From NCBI GenBank assembly GCA_043765375.1, contig JAYUJH010000006.1, positions 10,110 through 74,109 on the forward strand: DNA of 64,000 nucleotides, read 5' to 3'. Below, piece after piece: positions 42,695-53,123 of the stretch. Under the pieces are notes generated by a model. The model did no database searches. It was not told the origin of the DNA and saw nothing but the letters and a program-made list of their open reading frames with translations. The translations under genes and the position numbers were made by a program. The DNA comes from Alphaproteobacteria bacterium (GTDB lineage Bacteria; Pseudomonadota; Alphaproteobacteria; Rickettsiales; UBA998). How positions within the stretch are numbered: position 1 is the first letter of the stretch; the number at the start of each line of letters is the position of its first letter.

Positions 42695-43942
42695 ATGAAT
42701 AAAATATTATCAAAAACGCAATTGTTGGGATACGGTGCGCTTGGTGTGCCAGTCGCCTTTGTTGGTTTGCCAATTTATGTGCATTTACCACATTATTATG
42801 CAACCACTCATGGGCTAGACCTAGCATTAATTGGGATTATTTTGCTGTTGGTACGCTTGTTTGATGCGCTGCAAGACCCGCTAATTGGTTTTTATTCTGA
42901 CAAAACCCATCATTCAAATCGCCGTTTGATGTTGTGTGCGTTACCATTATTAACCATCAGCTTCATTGCATTATTCTCACCACCCGAATTGTCGCATAAT
43001 TGGTTGGTTGCGTGGTTGGTTGCGTCTTTGTTGCTGACATATACCGCATTTAATATGGTGATGATTAATTATTTCGCCTCATCAACTTTGTTACCACAAT
43101 ATGTTGAAAAAACCACGTTAATTGCGGGGGTTAGAGAAGGCGCAATGCTGCTTGGCGTAGTGATTGCCGCCGCCGCCCCCGCTTTGTTGCAACAGAAATA
43201 TTCAGCTGATATTGCCTTTCGCTATTTTGCATTATGCTTTGTGCCACTGGCAATTATTGGAGCAATTGGTATAAATTATAGCTTAAGAAGATGCGATAAT
43301 CAGGGTGAAAAACATGCACATTCTGATGGTTTCAAATTGAGCGATGTTAAACTTTTGCGCCCGCTTTTGCCGTTATATGCTTTATTCCTCGCTAATTCGC
43401 TACCCGTGAGCATCACCAGCACCTTATTTTTGTTTTATGTTGAGGATTATCTCAAATCACCAGCGCAATCAGGCTATTTTTTGCTATGTTTCTTTGTGAG
43501 TGCTGCTGCTTCTGTGCCAATATGGGTATGGCTTTCAGGCAAAATTGGTAATTGGGTAGCGTTGCGAATTGGCATGGCAATGGCGATTGCATCATTCATA
43601 TGCACCATATTTTTGCAAGGGGGTGATGTATCAGGATTTTACATTGTATGTGCCGTTTCAGGATTTGCGGTTGGCGGAGATTTAACTTTGCTTCCCGCTA
43701 TATTTACTGTTGCCATTGCAAACCATCAACGTTTGAGCGCATCAGCATTTAGCATTTGGCATTTTCTCGCTAAGTTCAATTTAGCATTAGCAGCGGGGTT
43801 GCTGTTGCCATTACTTAGCTATTTTGGTTACCAACCGAAAATGATTGGTAGCAATGGGATTTTGCTGGTGTTTTATGCGATAATTCCATGTTCAATCAAA
43901 GTGATTGCGTTGCTCCTCACCTATAACAAAAAATTGCATTAG
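42695..43942 (+). CDS. MFS transporter (GPH/MelB-like)
   Basis: About 12 hydrophobic segments; RLFDALQDPLIGFYSD. Confidence 0.85.
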   Translation: MNKILSKTQLLGYGALGVPVAFVGLPIYVHLPHYYATTHGLDLALIGIILLLVRLFDALQDPLIGFYSDKTHHSNRRLMLCALPLLTISFIALFSPPELSHNWLVAWLVASLLLTYTAFNMVMINYFASSTLLPQYVEKTTLIAGVREGAMLLGVVIAAAAPALLQQKYSADIAFRYFALCFVPLAIIGAIGINYSLRRCDNQGEKHAHSDGFKLSDVKLLRPLLPLYALFLANSLPVSITSTLFLFYVEDYLKSPAQSGYFLLCFFVSAAASVPIWVWLSGKIGNWVALRIGMAMAIASFICTIFLQGGDVSGFYIVCAVSGFAVGGDLTLLPAIFTVAIANHQRLSASAFSIWHFLAKFNLALAAGLLLPLLSYFGYQPKMIGSNGILLVFYAIIPCSIKVIALLLTYNKKLH

Positions 43943-44067
43943 GTGATTTTGTAACAGAAACATAATGTTAAAAATATTGGTGATGTGCTATAATATTGTT
44001 ATTATTGTGGTAACACATGTATTTTAACCTACACGCACCAGCCTGAACCAAAACACATTAAGGATTA

Positions 44068-44877
44068 ATGGAACCATTTCGCATTAAATATCTTGATTAT
44101 GTGAAATCCGAGCCAATTTTAACCGATAATGGCTTGAAATATCATGTAAAATTTGCCGAGCATGAAGGTTCGCCTCACATTGGCTGGGCAGAAAAGTTCA
44201 TGGGGCGTGATTTTGGTATTGGTGCAAATGTTGGTGGATTAATTGGCACGGTGTGCTTATGGAGTTCTGCCGCAGCAGCGGGAACGAGTGTGGCAGCTGT
44301 GACTTCCGCAGCGATTACTTTTGCACCACTTGCTCTGGGTTTGACGTTGATTGGCGGGGCAATTGGTGGAATTAGCGATTATATGCGCCATAATGACCAA
44401 ATGGAAAATGGCTTAAATATTGGTAAAGCTAGCTATTTTAACCGTGATATGGCGATTGGTGGCCTGAGCATGAGCAGCAGCTTTGGTATGGTTGCAAGCA
44501 TTGGCATGATGGGGCTTGCGGTTTTGGGGGCATCAGTTGCACCTTTCGCAGTGGCAATTAACGCCGCAGCATTTGCTGGTGGGTTAATTTATGGCGGGAT
44601 AAATGGTGCAAAAGAAGGATATTCACAGATGGACGCTGAATATATCGCAGCGCAACAAAAATATAAAAACCCTGAATATAAAGTTGCACTTTCACAAAAA
44701 CGTGAAACGCAATTTGATGAAGTCATCTCTAGCGAAGCATCTATCGCCACTACAATTTTGCCGATGGTTATTCCCGCATTGGCACAAACAGAAACTCCAA
44801 CAAATGCAATTAAACTCACAAACAAAGTTCATGAAGCCCCCCTCAGCCACATGGTTGATACTCGGGTATTAGTATGA
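44068..44877 (+). CDS. Hypothetical glycine-zipper membrane protein
   Basis: Two Gly/Ala-rich hydrophobic hairpins (GANVGGLIG...LIGGAIGG; GMVASIGMMG...AGGLIYGGING); AAGGA SD. Confidence 0.65.
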   Translation: MEPFRIKYLDYVKSEPILTDNGLKYHVKFAEHEGSPHIGWAEKFMGRDFGIGANVGGLIGTVCLWSSAAAAGTSVAAVTSAAITFAPLALGLTLIGGAIGGISDYMRHNDQMENGLNIGKASYFNRDMAIGGLSMSSSFGMVASIGMMGLAVLGASVAPFAVAINAAAFAGGLIYGGINGAKEGYSQMDAEYIAAQQKYKNPEYKVALSQKRETQFDEVISSEASIATTILPMVIPALAQTETPTNAIKLTNKVHEAPLSHMVDTRVLV

Positions 44878-44938
44878 TATAGTTAGTTTAACATAAAAAT
44901 TAGTTGTGTGATTGCGTGAATTAATGTATATACTTGAT

Positions 44939-45517
44939 ATGAAAAAAATATTAATTGTTTTAACTTTTATCACATCACTTGGGATTGTAATTATGTTTTC
45001 ACTATTTGGCAACAAAGCACAGGCAGAAATAGCAGATAATGTTTATGGTTTCAGCTTCAAGGAGCTTGCAAGCGGTGAAGATTTGCCGTTGAAAAAGTTT
45101 GAGGGTAAAGTCATGTTGATAGTTAATACAGCATCAAAATGTGGGTTCACCAAGCAATATGACGGGTTGGAGAAATTATATAAAACATATAGTGACCAAG
45201 GTTTGGTGATTATTGGTGTTCCAAGCAATGATTTTGGTGGGCAAGAACCAGCAGACAATGCAGAAATTGCAGAGTTTTGCAAATTAAATTATGGCGTTAG
45301 TTTCCCAATGGCAGAAAAAGTTGCGGTATCTGGCGATAATGCGCACCCATTTTATAGTTATGCTAAGAAAAAATTAGGATTTGGAACTGCGCCAAAATGG
45401 AACTTTCACAAATATTTAGTAGCAAAAAATGGTGAGTTGATAGACCATTTTAATTCAACAACTTCACCAGACGCAAGCAATATCGTTGAAGCGATAGAAG
45501 CGGAATTAGCGAAGTAA
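44939..45517 (+). CDS. Glutathione peroxidase family (Cys type), exported
   Basis: VNTASKCGFT, GVPSNDFGGQEP, PKWNFHKYL. Confidence 0.95.
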   Translation: MKKILIVLTFITSLGIVIMFSLFGNKAQAEIADNVYGFSFKELASGEDLPLKKFEGKVMLIVNTASKCGFTKQYDGLEKLYKTYSDQGLVIIGVPSNDFGGQEPADNAEIAEFCKLNYGVSFPMAEKVAVSGDNAHPFYSYAKKKLGFGTAPKWNFHKYLVAKNGELIDHFNSTTSPDASNIVEAIEAELAK

Positions 45518-45662
45518 TTATTATACAGGTAATTATTCTATGACAGCTTATATTTTTATATAAATATACATCATCTGTAATGACTCTTATTTGAATTATT
45601 CCAACTAAAGCAACGTAGAAAAACTGATGAAAATTGATGCGATGCGTATCACATAGGAACGA

Positions 45663-47369
45663 TTACATTTTAACGTAATTGCACCCGCCCCCACCCTCTG
45701 GCGTAACCCAATTAATATTTTGCTTTGTATCTTTAATATCGCAAGTTTTGCAATGAACACAGTTTTGTGCATTAATTTTCAAGCGTTTTTCACCCACATC
45801 ATTCTCTATTATTTCATAAACACCAGCAGGACAATAGCGAGTTTCTGGTGAGTTATATAACGCTAAATTATGCGCAATTGGCACGCTAGCATCACGCAAA
45901 ACCAAATGAACTGGTTGATTTTCACGGTGATTTGTATTGCTTAAATAGACAGAATCCAATTTATCAAACGTCAAAACTCCGTCATGAGCCGCATAAATAT
46001 ATGGTTTGCAATCACTTGCCAAATGCAAACATTCATTGTCACGCTGATGTTTGAATGTCCACGGCGCACGCCCCCGTGATATATATGTTTCAAATGCAGC
46101 ATTGGCCAAACCCGCATATAAACCATAACGAAATGCGGAGCGAATATTTCGCACTTTGTGCAATTCCTCCCCCACCCATGAAGATTTTACTTTAACTTCA
46201 TAATCCACCAAACTCACATGTGACTTGCCAGCAGAAATTGCTGAAAACACCTCTTCCGCAGCAATCATGGCGGATTTTATTGAAGTATGTATGCCCTTGA
46301 TTTTTGCCACATTCAAAAACCCAGCAGCGCAACCAATCAGGCTTGCGCCCGCCACGGATAATTGCGGGATTGATTGCCACCCGCCTTCATTTAATGCTCT
46401 TGCACCATATGAAATACGGCGAGCTCCAGCAAAAATTGGCGCAATTTTTGGGTGAGTTTTGAATGTTTGCAATGTTTCATATGGGTCTAAATACGGGTTA
46501 GCATAATCAAGCCCAACCACAAAGCCAAGTGATAATAAATTGTCCCCGTGATGATATATGAACGAACCGCCATAAGTTTTTGCATCTAATGGCCAACCAA
46601 CTGAATGAAATACTTCACCACGGCGGTGATTTTCGGGAGCAATTTCCCAAACTTCTTTCAATCCCAGCCCGTAAGTCTGAGGGCAGCGACCTTGGCGCAA
46701 ATCAAACCTTTCAATTAGCTGCTTAGAGAGTGAACCATGCGCCCCTTCAGCAAGCAATGTGTGAGTTGCTAAAATATTCATCGCTGGTTGATATGATGGC
46801 AACTTGTTTGAATTAATATCCAAACCAAACTCTCCCGTTGCAACTCCCCTCACTATTCCTTTATTTTCCGCAGCATCATCAATCAACAATTTTCTAGCAG
46901 GAAATCCCGCAAAAATCTGCACTCCAAGGCTTTCAGCATATGCGGCAAGTGTAATGCACAACTCGCCGAGTGAGATGATATAATTACCATGATTATTCAT
47001 TTGCGGCGGGGTTGGCAGGCGCAATATTTTGTTCTTCGTCATTAATGTGAAAATATCATGATGCACGGGGTTGTTGAATATGTTGCCAAACAATTCTAAC
47101 TCTTGATAATTTGGCAATAACTCCAGCAAAGACCTAGGTTCTAGAACCGCCCCAGAAACAATATGCGCACCAATTGATGCTCCTTTTTCTAGAATAATTA
47201 CATTTATCTCACGCCCCTGTTGTTTAGAAAGTTGCATCAGGCGAATGCTTGCGGCTAATCCAGCAACGCCACCACCAACAATCAAAACATCGCATTCTAA
47301 TTGTTCAACATCAGCTTGCTCAAGCTCAAGTCTTTCAATATCAAATTGGTTATTATCCGAATGTTCCAT
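45663..47369 (-). CDS. ETF-ubiquinone oxidoreductase
   Basis: IVGGGVAG, GAHIVSGA, GLKEVW, YCPAGVYE, NCVHCKTCDIKD. Confidence 0.96.
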   Translation of the reverse strand: MEHSDNNQFDIERLELEQADVEQLECDVLIVGGGVAGLAASIRLMQLSKQQGREINVIILEKGASIGAHIVSGAVLEPRSLLELLPNYQELELFGNIFNNPVHHDIFTLMTKNKILRLPTPPQMNNHGNYIISLGELCITLAAYAESLGVQIFAGFPARKLLIDDAAENKGIVRGVATGEFGLDINSNKLPSYQPAMNILATHTLLAEGAHGSLSKQLIERFDLRQGRCPQTYGLGLKEVWEIAPENHRRGEVFHSVGWPLDAKTYGGSFIYHHGDNLLSLGFVVGLDYANPYLDPYETLQTFKTHPKIAPIFAGARRISYGARALNEGGWQSIPQLSVAGASLIGCAAGFLNVAKIKGIHTSIKSAMIAAEEVFSAISAGKSHVSLVDYEVKVKSSWVGEELHKVRNIRSAFRYGLYAGLANAAFETYISRGRAPWTFKHQRDNECLHLASDCKPYIYAAHDGVLTFDKLDSVYLSNTNHRENQPVHLVLRDASVPIAHNLALYNSPETRYCPAGVYEIIENDVGEKRLKINAQNCVHCKTCDIKDTKQNINWVTPEGGGGCNYVKM

Positions 47370-47561
47370 GTTTAACTATTCAATATATTATAACCCTAAT
47401 AATACATCTCCCCACCACATATTGCAACAATAGAGTTAATTATTGACGTTTTTATAGTTTTACTTTAACTCTTATAAGGTTTAGCTAAAAACCAAATACC
47501 ACAGAACAAAATACCACAGAGCCAAACATCAAAAAAACATGCAATCATCAGGTGAAAAAAC

Positions 47562-48785
47562 ATGACAAATAATGACTCCCAAAATAATATTTTTCCGCAA
47601 CCAAATGCAATTTTAATGTGTGAAGATGGCAGAGAGTTTCAAGGTTATGGTATTGGAGCAGAGGGAATTGTTTTTGGCGAATTATGCTTCAACACGGCAA
47701 TGTCGGGTTATCAGGAAATATTAAGCGACCCTTCATATTTTGGGCAAATAATCACATTCACCACCCCACATATTGGCAATATTGGTGCTAATATGGAGGA
47801 TATTGAATCCAAAACTATCAGAGCGCAAGGCTTGGTGATACGAGAACTGCCAACAAAAAGTGCCAATTGGCGGGCAGAACACAGCTTTGATGATTGGTTG
47901 GTTGATAATGAAATAACAGGAATTGCGGGAGTTGATACTCGTGAAATAACTAATTATATCCGCACAAACGGTCATCAGCGAGTGGCAATCGCCTTTCATA
48001 ATGGTGGTTTAAGGGAGTTGGATCGGGGGGCGATTATTGATGAATTAAGCCAAGTTTTATCCATGAAAGGGGCAGAATTAACACACCATGTCAGCACTCT
48101 AGCCCCTTATGAATGGCGGGAATCATTATGGGATTTAACGCATGGACATAAAATTATATCATCGGACGCATCATCAGATAATATTTTGCATGACCATAAT
48201 TTTCATGCCCATGATTTTCATATAGTAGCAATTGATTATGGCGCAAAGCTCAATATTTTGCGTCATCTCACTGCCCGCAATTGCCAAGTTACCGTAGTTA
48301 GCGGCAGAGCATCGTTGGCAGCAATCATGGCACTAAAACCTGATGGCGTATTTCTTTCCAATGGTCCCGGAGATCCATCGGCAACTGGAATTATCGCAAC
48401 GCCTATCATTCAAGGATTGCTTGCGAAAAATATTCCTATATTTGGCATATGTTTGGGGCATCAACTGCTATCACTTGCGCTTAATGCAGAAACAGAAAAG
48501 TTGCATCAGGGGCATCGTGGGGCAAATCACCCCGTGAAAAATCTCAAAACGGGCAAAGTAGAAATTACCAGCCAAAATCATGGGTTTGTAGTGAAATCCG
48601 ACGTTGTTCCAAATGATGTTGAGGTAACGCATATATCGTTGTTTGATGGCACAATTGAAGGCATTAAGCACCGCACTAAACCAGCTTTTTCGGTGCAATA
48701 TCACCCAGAATCCTCTCCTGGCCCTCATGATAGCTTATATTTATTTGATGAGTTTATTGCGATGATGCAAAAAACTAGGGTTTAG
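47562..48785 (+). CDS. carA: Carbamoyl-phosphate synthase small subunit
   Basis: FNTAMSGYQE, SNGPGDP, GICLGHQ, TSQNHGF, QYHPESSPGP. Confidence 0.98.
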   Translation: MTNNDSQNNIFPQPNAILMCEDGREFQGYGIGAEGIVFGELCFNTAMSGYQEILSDPSYFGQIITFTTPHIGNIGANMEDIESKTIRAQGLVIRELPTKSANWRAEHSFDDWLVDNEITGIAGVDTREITNYIRTNGHQRVAIAFHNGGLRELDRGAIIDELSQVLSMKGAELTHHVSTLAPYEWRESLWDLTHGHKIISSDASSDNILHDHNFHAHDFHIVAIDYGAKLNILRHLTARNCQVTVVSGRASLAAIMALKPDGVFLSNGPGDPSATGIIATPIIQGLLAKNIPIFGICLGHQLLSLALNAETEKLHQGHRGANHPVKNLKTGKVEITSQNHGFVVKSDVVPNDVEVTHISLFDGTIEGIKHRTKPAFSVQYHPESSPGPHDSLYLFDEFIAMMQKTRV

Positions 48786-48988
48786 TGAATAGGGTTTAGG
48801 GTTTAGGAAATAGAGTTTGAGGGTTAGGGTTTAGTCATGCAAAACACATTATTCACCAATGAAAAGTTGGAACAGGCTTCAAATTGCAGTGAAAATAATA
48901 AGGTGCGAATTATCCAAAGAAAAACTACTGGAGCTAGTCTTAAATTAGGGTGGTCTTGGAGCCACCATCAAGATATGATGGATATTTA

Positions 48989-49474
48989 ATGCGCATCATC
49001 GGGATAGATCCCGCATTAGTGCATACAGGTTGGGGGGTGATTGATGCGGAAGGGAGCAAATTGCGCTTCATTGCTGCGGGAGTTATTAGCCCCGACAAAA
49101 GCAATGATTTGAGCCAAAGATTGCTAGATTTGAGCAATCAGTTAAAAGCGGTAATTGAGCAATTCAGCCCACAACAAGCAGCGATTGAGCAAACATTTGT
49201 TAGCATTAATGGTGCATCAACTTTGAAACTTGGTAATGCGAGGGGGGCGTTGCTACTCACTTTAGCGCAATCAGGGTTGCAGGTGTGCGAATATGATGCA
49301 ACTTTGGTGAAGAAAACTATAACGGGAGCGGGACGTGCCGAAAAGGGGCAAGTTGCGAGTATGATAAAAATACTCCTACCGCAATCAGCAGAAATGGTTG
49401 CCAATAAATCATCAGATGCGTTTGATGCCTTGGCAATCGCCATCACACATCACCATCATAAAAAATATGTTTAA
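48989..49474 (+). CDS. ruvC: Holliday junction resolvase RuvC
   Basis: RIIGIDP...TGWG, AAIE, LGNARG, VKKTITG.GRAEK, DALAIA. Confidence 0.96.
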   Translation: MRIIGIDPALVHTGWGVIDAEGSKLRFIAAGVISPDKSNDLSQRLLDLSNQLKAVIEQFSPQQAAIEQTFVSINGASTLKLGNARGALLLTLAQSGLQVCEYDATLVKKTITGAGRAEKGQVASMIKILLPQSAEMVANKSSDAFDALAIAITHHHHKKYV

Positions 49475-49484
49475 TTGTAACAAT

Positions 49485-51722
49485 ATGGCTTTCAAAATGC
49501 GCAAAAGTTTAATAATCTCACTCACGAGTTTAATAATTTTATCATGTCTATATATTTTTTATGTGAAAAACCCTCTGCACATTACAACCTATGAGATAGT
49601 TGAGAAAAATCCTGATAATTTTGCTTATGGTATTGAGCCTGCCCAAAAAATCACATGGGATCAAAAAAATCTTATCACAGGCTGGGCTTTTTCAAAAATC
49701 TCGGATAATCCAGTTGATGTGAAGATTATGCTTGATGACGAACTGATTGCAACCCACAAAGCCGATGTTGCAAGGCAAGATGTCGCCGCAGAGTTTCCAT
49801 CATTTAGCCAAGCCAAACTTGCTGGCTTTGAGTTTTTGCTAAAAATGAATAATTTGCCACGAAAAAATGGTTTTTTGAAGATAGTGTTGCAAGATGATAA
49901 ACAGAATATCAAAATCATCAAAGGAGCTTATTTGGATAATGACGCACCAATTGGAAAAGTAGTTTCTTCCTCGCAATATATTGATATGAGCAACAAAGAC
50001 GATGTAACATTGAAAATATGGGCATTTGATGAAACAGGAATAAAATCCGTTCAAATTAAAATTGGTGATTTGATAGTAGCAACACCAGAAAACTTTGTTA
50101 AAACAACATTACCTATAGACCTAAATTACACAAACTCACAACAAAATCATGGTAAATATACCAAGATTTTAGGGCAGTTATATGAAGTAACTATTCCAAA
50201 AAAAGATATCGCATCGGGAGTTAGCCGAGTTAATGTTGTGATTGAAGATAATGAGAATAAAACATCTATAATTGCAGGTTCTTTGCTGATTAATGAAGGC
50301 AAAAATATAGCTGATGCTAAAAGCGCAAGCAATTCTCCGTGCAAAAAATCTAAAATAATCAATATTTATTATCCTGTGGATTTACCGAGAATAAAGCAAA
50401 TTGAGAAATTACAAGCTATCAAAAAAATATTCACATCACCTTGTGTTAAGTTGGGGCTGAGAACGCGCATTGAATATTTGAGATCCACCACTGGCAAAAT
50501 CAATAATTATATGTTTGACCCTGATTTTTCACAAAATATCATCATCAACGATGTGCAGAAAACTACAACAGGAGTCCCGCTAAGTTTAGCATTAGCAACC
50601 GCCAAACAATTAGATATGCCAATTTTACTAACCCTAGATGGTGGCGTATAGGCAGATTCCGCTTTTGAAGCTATTGAGTGGGATATTATTGATAATTTGG
50701 AGCAAAACAAACAAAATGTTCAATGGAATCAACATAATATTGCACCACCAGATGATGCTATAGATAATATTGCATCTTCCATAACCTCGCCATCACTTGC
50801 CAGAATGATGTCGTTGAATGAATATAATAAAGATTTTTTGCATTATAAACAACGCAATTTGCAACAGGCAATCAAATATATTAACAAATGGCAAAAACAT
50901 AATCATAGCCAAAATATATATATTCATTTTGATCCTGATAATTATATCAATCCTTGGTTTTATAATACACAATGGTATGATTATAACCCACTGACAATTA
51001 AGCAATTTCAGCAATGGCTGACTGGCACGGGGCTATATAGCAATGTTGGTGAGTTGCGAAAATATAAGCATATTCCACCGCTTTCAATCACTGAAATAAA
51101 TGATTTAGCTGGTGAAAAATGGAGCAATATTAACGAGATAGATCCACCGAGAGATGCCCTGAAACAAGGCGATGTTTGGTATGATAAATGGATTTATTTC
51201 AAGCGTCATTTGGTTAATTATCACTATGTTAAATTGCATAAATGGTCAGTTTCCGCTGGATTTAACCCTAATAATATTTATACTGGGCAAGGGATAGACA
51301 AGGATAGTGCTGCATTTATTGATGATAAAGCAACTAGCTGGGGTGACCAAGCTGGCGTATCCATGCAAGGGAGTTTTGTTGATGGCAAGGGTGCTTTCAT
51401 CATGTATGGTGATACTGTAACAGATTCATATAGCGATCGTAATGGTGATAATATTTTTAATATATTAGATAAGTTCGGTAAATGGGGAATTGTTGAGTTT
51501 CACCCCGCTTCTTTAGCTTATCCAGAAAGTTTGCCATCATATGAACAATCAATCAAAATGTTTGATAATTTTAGCAAGCATAATATTGATTTTTTCTCGC
51601 CAATGCCCGGCAATGATGCGCAGGATCAAAAAATAAATCCTCAACATTTTCATAGTTTTGATGCTTTGGCTGGAACAAGATTTGAAGATGCAATGGTTGA
51701 TTTTGTTAAAAATTATCAATAA
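49485..51722 (+). pseudogene. Membrane-anchored Ig-like + putative glycoside hydrolase protein interrupted by in-frame TAG at 50649-50651
   Basis: ORFs 49398-50651 and 50697-51722 share a frame with one stop only: LTLDGGV*ADSAFEAIEWDIIDNLEQ; GWA/R.DV...F...GF Ig-like repeat, DYNP..IKQFQQWL, WGIVEFHP. Confidence 0.65.
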
Positions 51723-52389
51723 TAATCTCGCTAAATATTCCATCTGGCAGAACATTTGCAATATTTTGGCTTAAGCAAATTGCTTTGATGCGCTTGAGTT
51801 TATGCTGTAAATTAGCTGCCTCAACTAATTGCATAAAACTTTGCGCACTCATGGTGGAATAAAGCGAAATAGCGGCAACATCACCTTGTTGCAAAGCTAT
51901 AATCGCCTCCTCACTCAAAGATTTTGTGGGGTGGGTCTGATAAACTTCTAAACTTGATGCTCCAAACCCTAATTGCTGCAACTCAAACGCCATATTCACC
52001 GCTTGATGATTGCTGTGCAAACAAACATAATGTAATGATTTATCCGCATCTTTTGCCATATAATCAAGCAATGAACGCCCCGACGCATCACCATGATATA
52101 TATGCAAAAAGCCAAGTTCTTTTGCCTTGCTTGCTAATATTTCACCCGTCAGATAAAGCGGTTTGGATAATGCAAATTGGCTATTCGCAAGGATTGGTAG
52201 CGCATACCCACTGGTTGCAACAAAAGCATCAGCTCCGCAATTCTCAAGCAAAACATCAGCTTGTGCAACGGGTTCTTGCCAAATCACGGGCGAGATAATG
52301 CAATCATATCCCATATTTTGCCAAGTTAAAGCGGTGATGCTTGCCTGTGGCTCGGGGCGAGTAATTAAAATAATGGGCTTTGCAAGCAA
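51706..52389 (-). CDS. hemD: Uroporphyrinogen-III synthase
   Basis: ILITRPEPQA, VATS, EVYQT, LYS..SA..F, ICLSQNIA. Confidence 0.85.
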   Translation of the reverse strand: MLAKPIILITRPEPQASITALTWQNMGYDCIISPVIWQEPVAQADVLLENCGADAFVATSGYALPILANSQFALSKPLYLTGEILASKAKELGFLHIYHGDASGRSLLDYMAKDADKSLHYVCLHSNHQAVNMAFELQQLGFGASSLEVYQTHPTKSLSEEAIIALQQGDVAAISLYSTMSAQSFMQLVEAANLQHKLKRIKAICLSQNIANVLPDGIFSEIIIDNF

Positions 52390-52394
52390 AATAT

Positions 52395-52544
52395 TTAAGA
52401 TGGGTTAAGTGGTTGTTTGGGCTGTTTGGGTTGCTTCGTTAGTTGCTTTGGGGTGCGATGCAACCCTTGTTTGCAATCAGCCTTGCGCAGCAACAAGTTA
52501 TTTCTAAGTGCTGATTTTAGCCGTATTTCTCTAGCATCATTCAT
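52395..52544 (-). CDS. Putative 49-aa basic small protein
   Basis: MNDAREIRLKSALRNNLLLRKADCKQGLHRTPKQLTKQPKQPKQPLNPS; resembles an alphaproteobacterial small-protein motif R..RL..ALR.NL.RRK recalled from memory. Confidence 0.55.
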   Translation of the reverse strand: MNDAREIRLKSALRNNLLLRKADCKQGLHRTPKQLTKQPKQPKQPLNPS

Positions 52545-52672
52545 GCCAATCAATATATAATATCACAACATAAATGCAACATAAATTGACAAATATAGTA
52601 ACGAATGATGCAATTCCTCAGTTGCAATCAAAAATATTGGTGATTTCAGGCGGAATGTTTTATTAATTAACA

Positions 52673-53110
52673 ATGGATAATGTATTTTTGTATAATTTAT
52701 TGAAATCAATTCACATTGTTGCATTCGTGTCATGGATGGTGGGAATGTTCTATTTGCCTCGCTTATATGTGTATCACGCTGGCGTAGTTAAAGGCGGAGA
52801 ATCCGATTTAATGTTGCAAGTGATGGAGCGTAAATTGCTGCGCTACATCATGAATCCTGCGATGATATTAACATGGATATTTGGGTTATGGCTGGCGGTA
52901 ACAACTGAGGCGTTTCAAATGGGTTGGTTTCACGCCAAAATGACCCTCGTTTTGTTGATGAGCGGAGTTCATGGGTTGTTAGCTGTGCATCTTGGGCAAT
53001 TTGCTCGGGGCGAGAACACACGCTCGGGGCGATATTTTCGTTGGTTAAATGAAGCACCAACAATATTGTTGATTGCAATTGTTTATTTGGTGATATTCAA
53101 GCCTTTCTAG
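52673..53110 (+). CDS. hemJ: Protoporphyrinogen oxidase HemJ
   Basis: KSIHIVAFVSWM.G.FYLPRLYVYH, MERKL, NEAPT, KPF end. Confidence 0.95.
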   Translation: MDNVFLYNLLKSIHIVAFVSWMVGMFYLPRLYVYHAGVVKGGESDLMLQVMERKLLRYIMNPAMILTWIFGLWLAVTTEAFQMGWFHAKMTLVLLMSGVHGLLAVHLGQFARGENTRSGRYFRWLNEAPTILLIAIVYLVIFKPF

Positions 53111-53123
53111 CGTAACCAAACCT

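Noticed and set aside
44939-45517. Selenocysteine glutathione peroxidase
   Set aside because: The active-site codon is TGT (Cys); no in-frame TGA
48777-48834. Plant-telomere-like AGGGTTT/TTTAGGG repeats after carA
   Set aside because: Only about four interrupted units, and the unit equals the carA terminal codons (AGG GTT TAG); better explained as local stutter duplication
48837-48989. 50-aa ORF between carA and ruvC
   Set aside because: No SD or recognisable motif; cannot be supported
50649-50651. Amber recoding or pyrrolysine
   Set aside because: TAG terminates several conserved genes at their expected ends; no pyl genes or suppressor tRNA in the window
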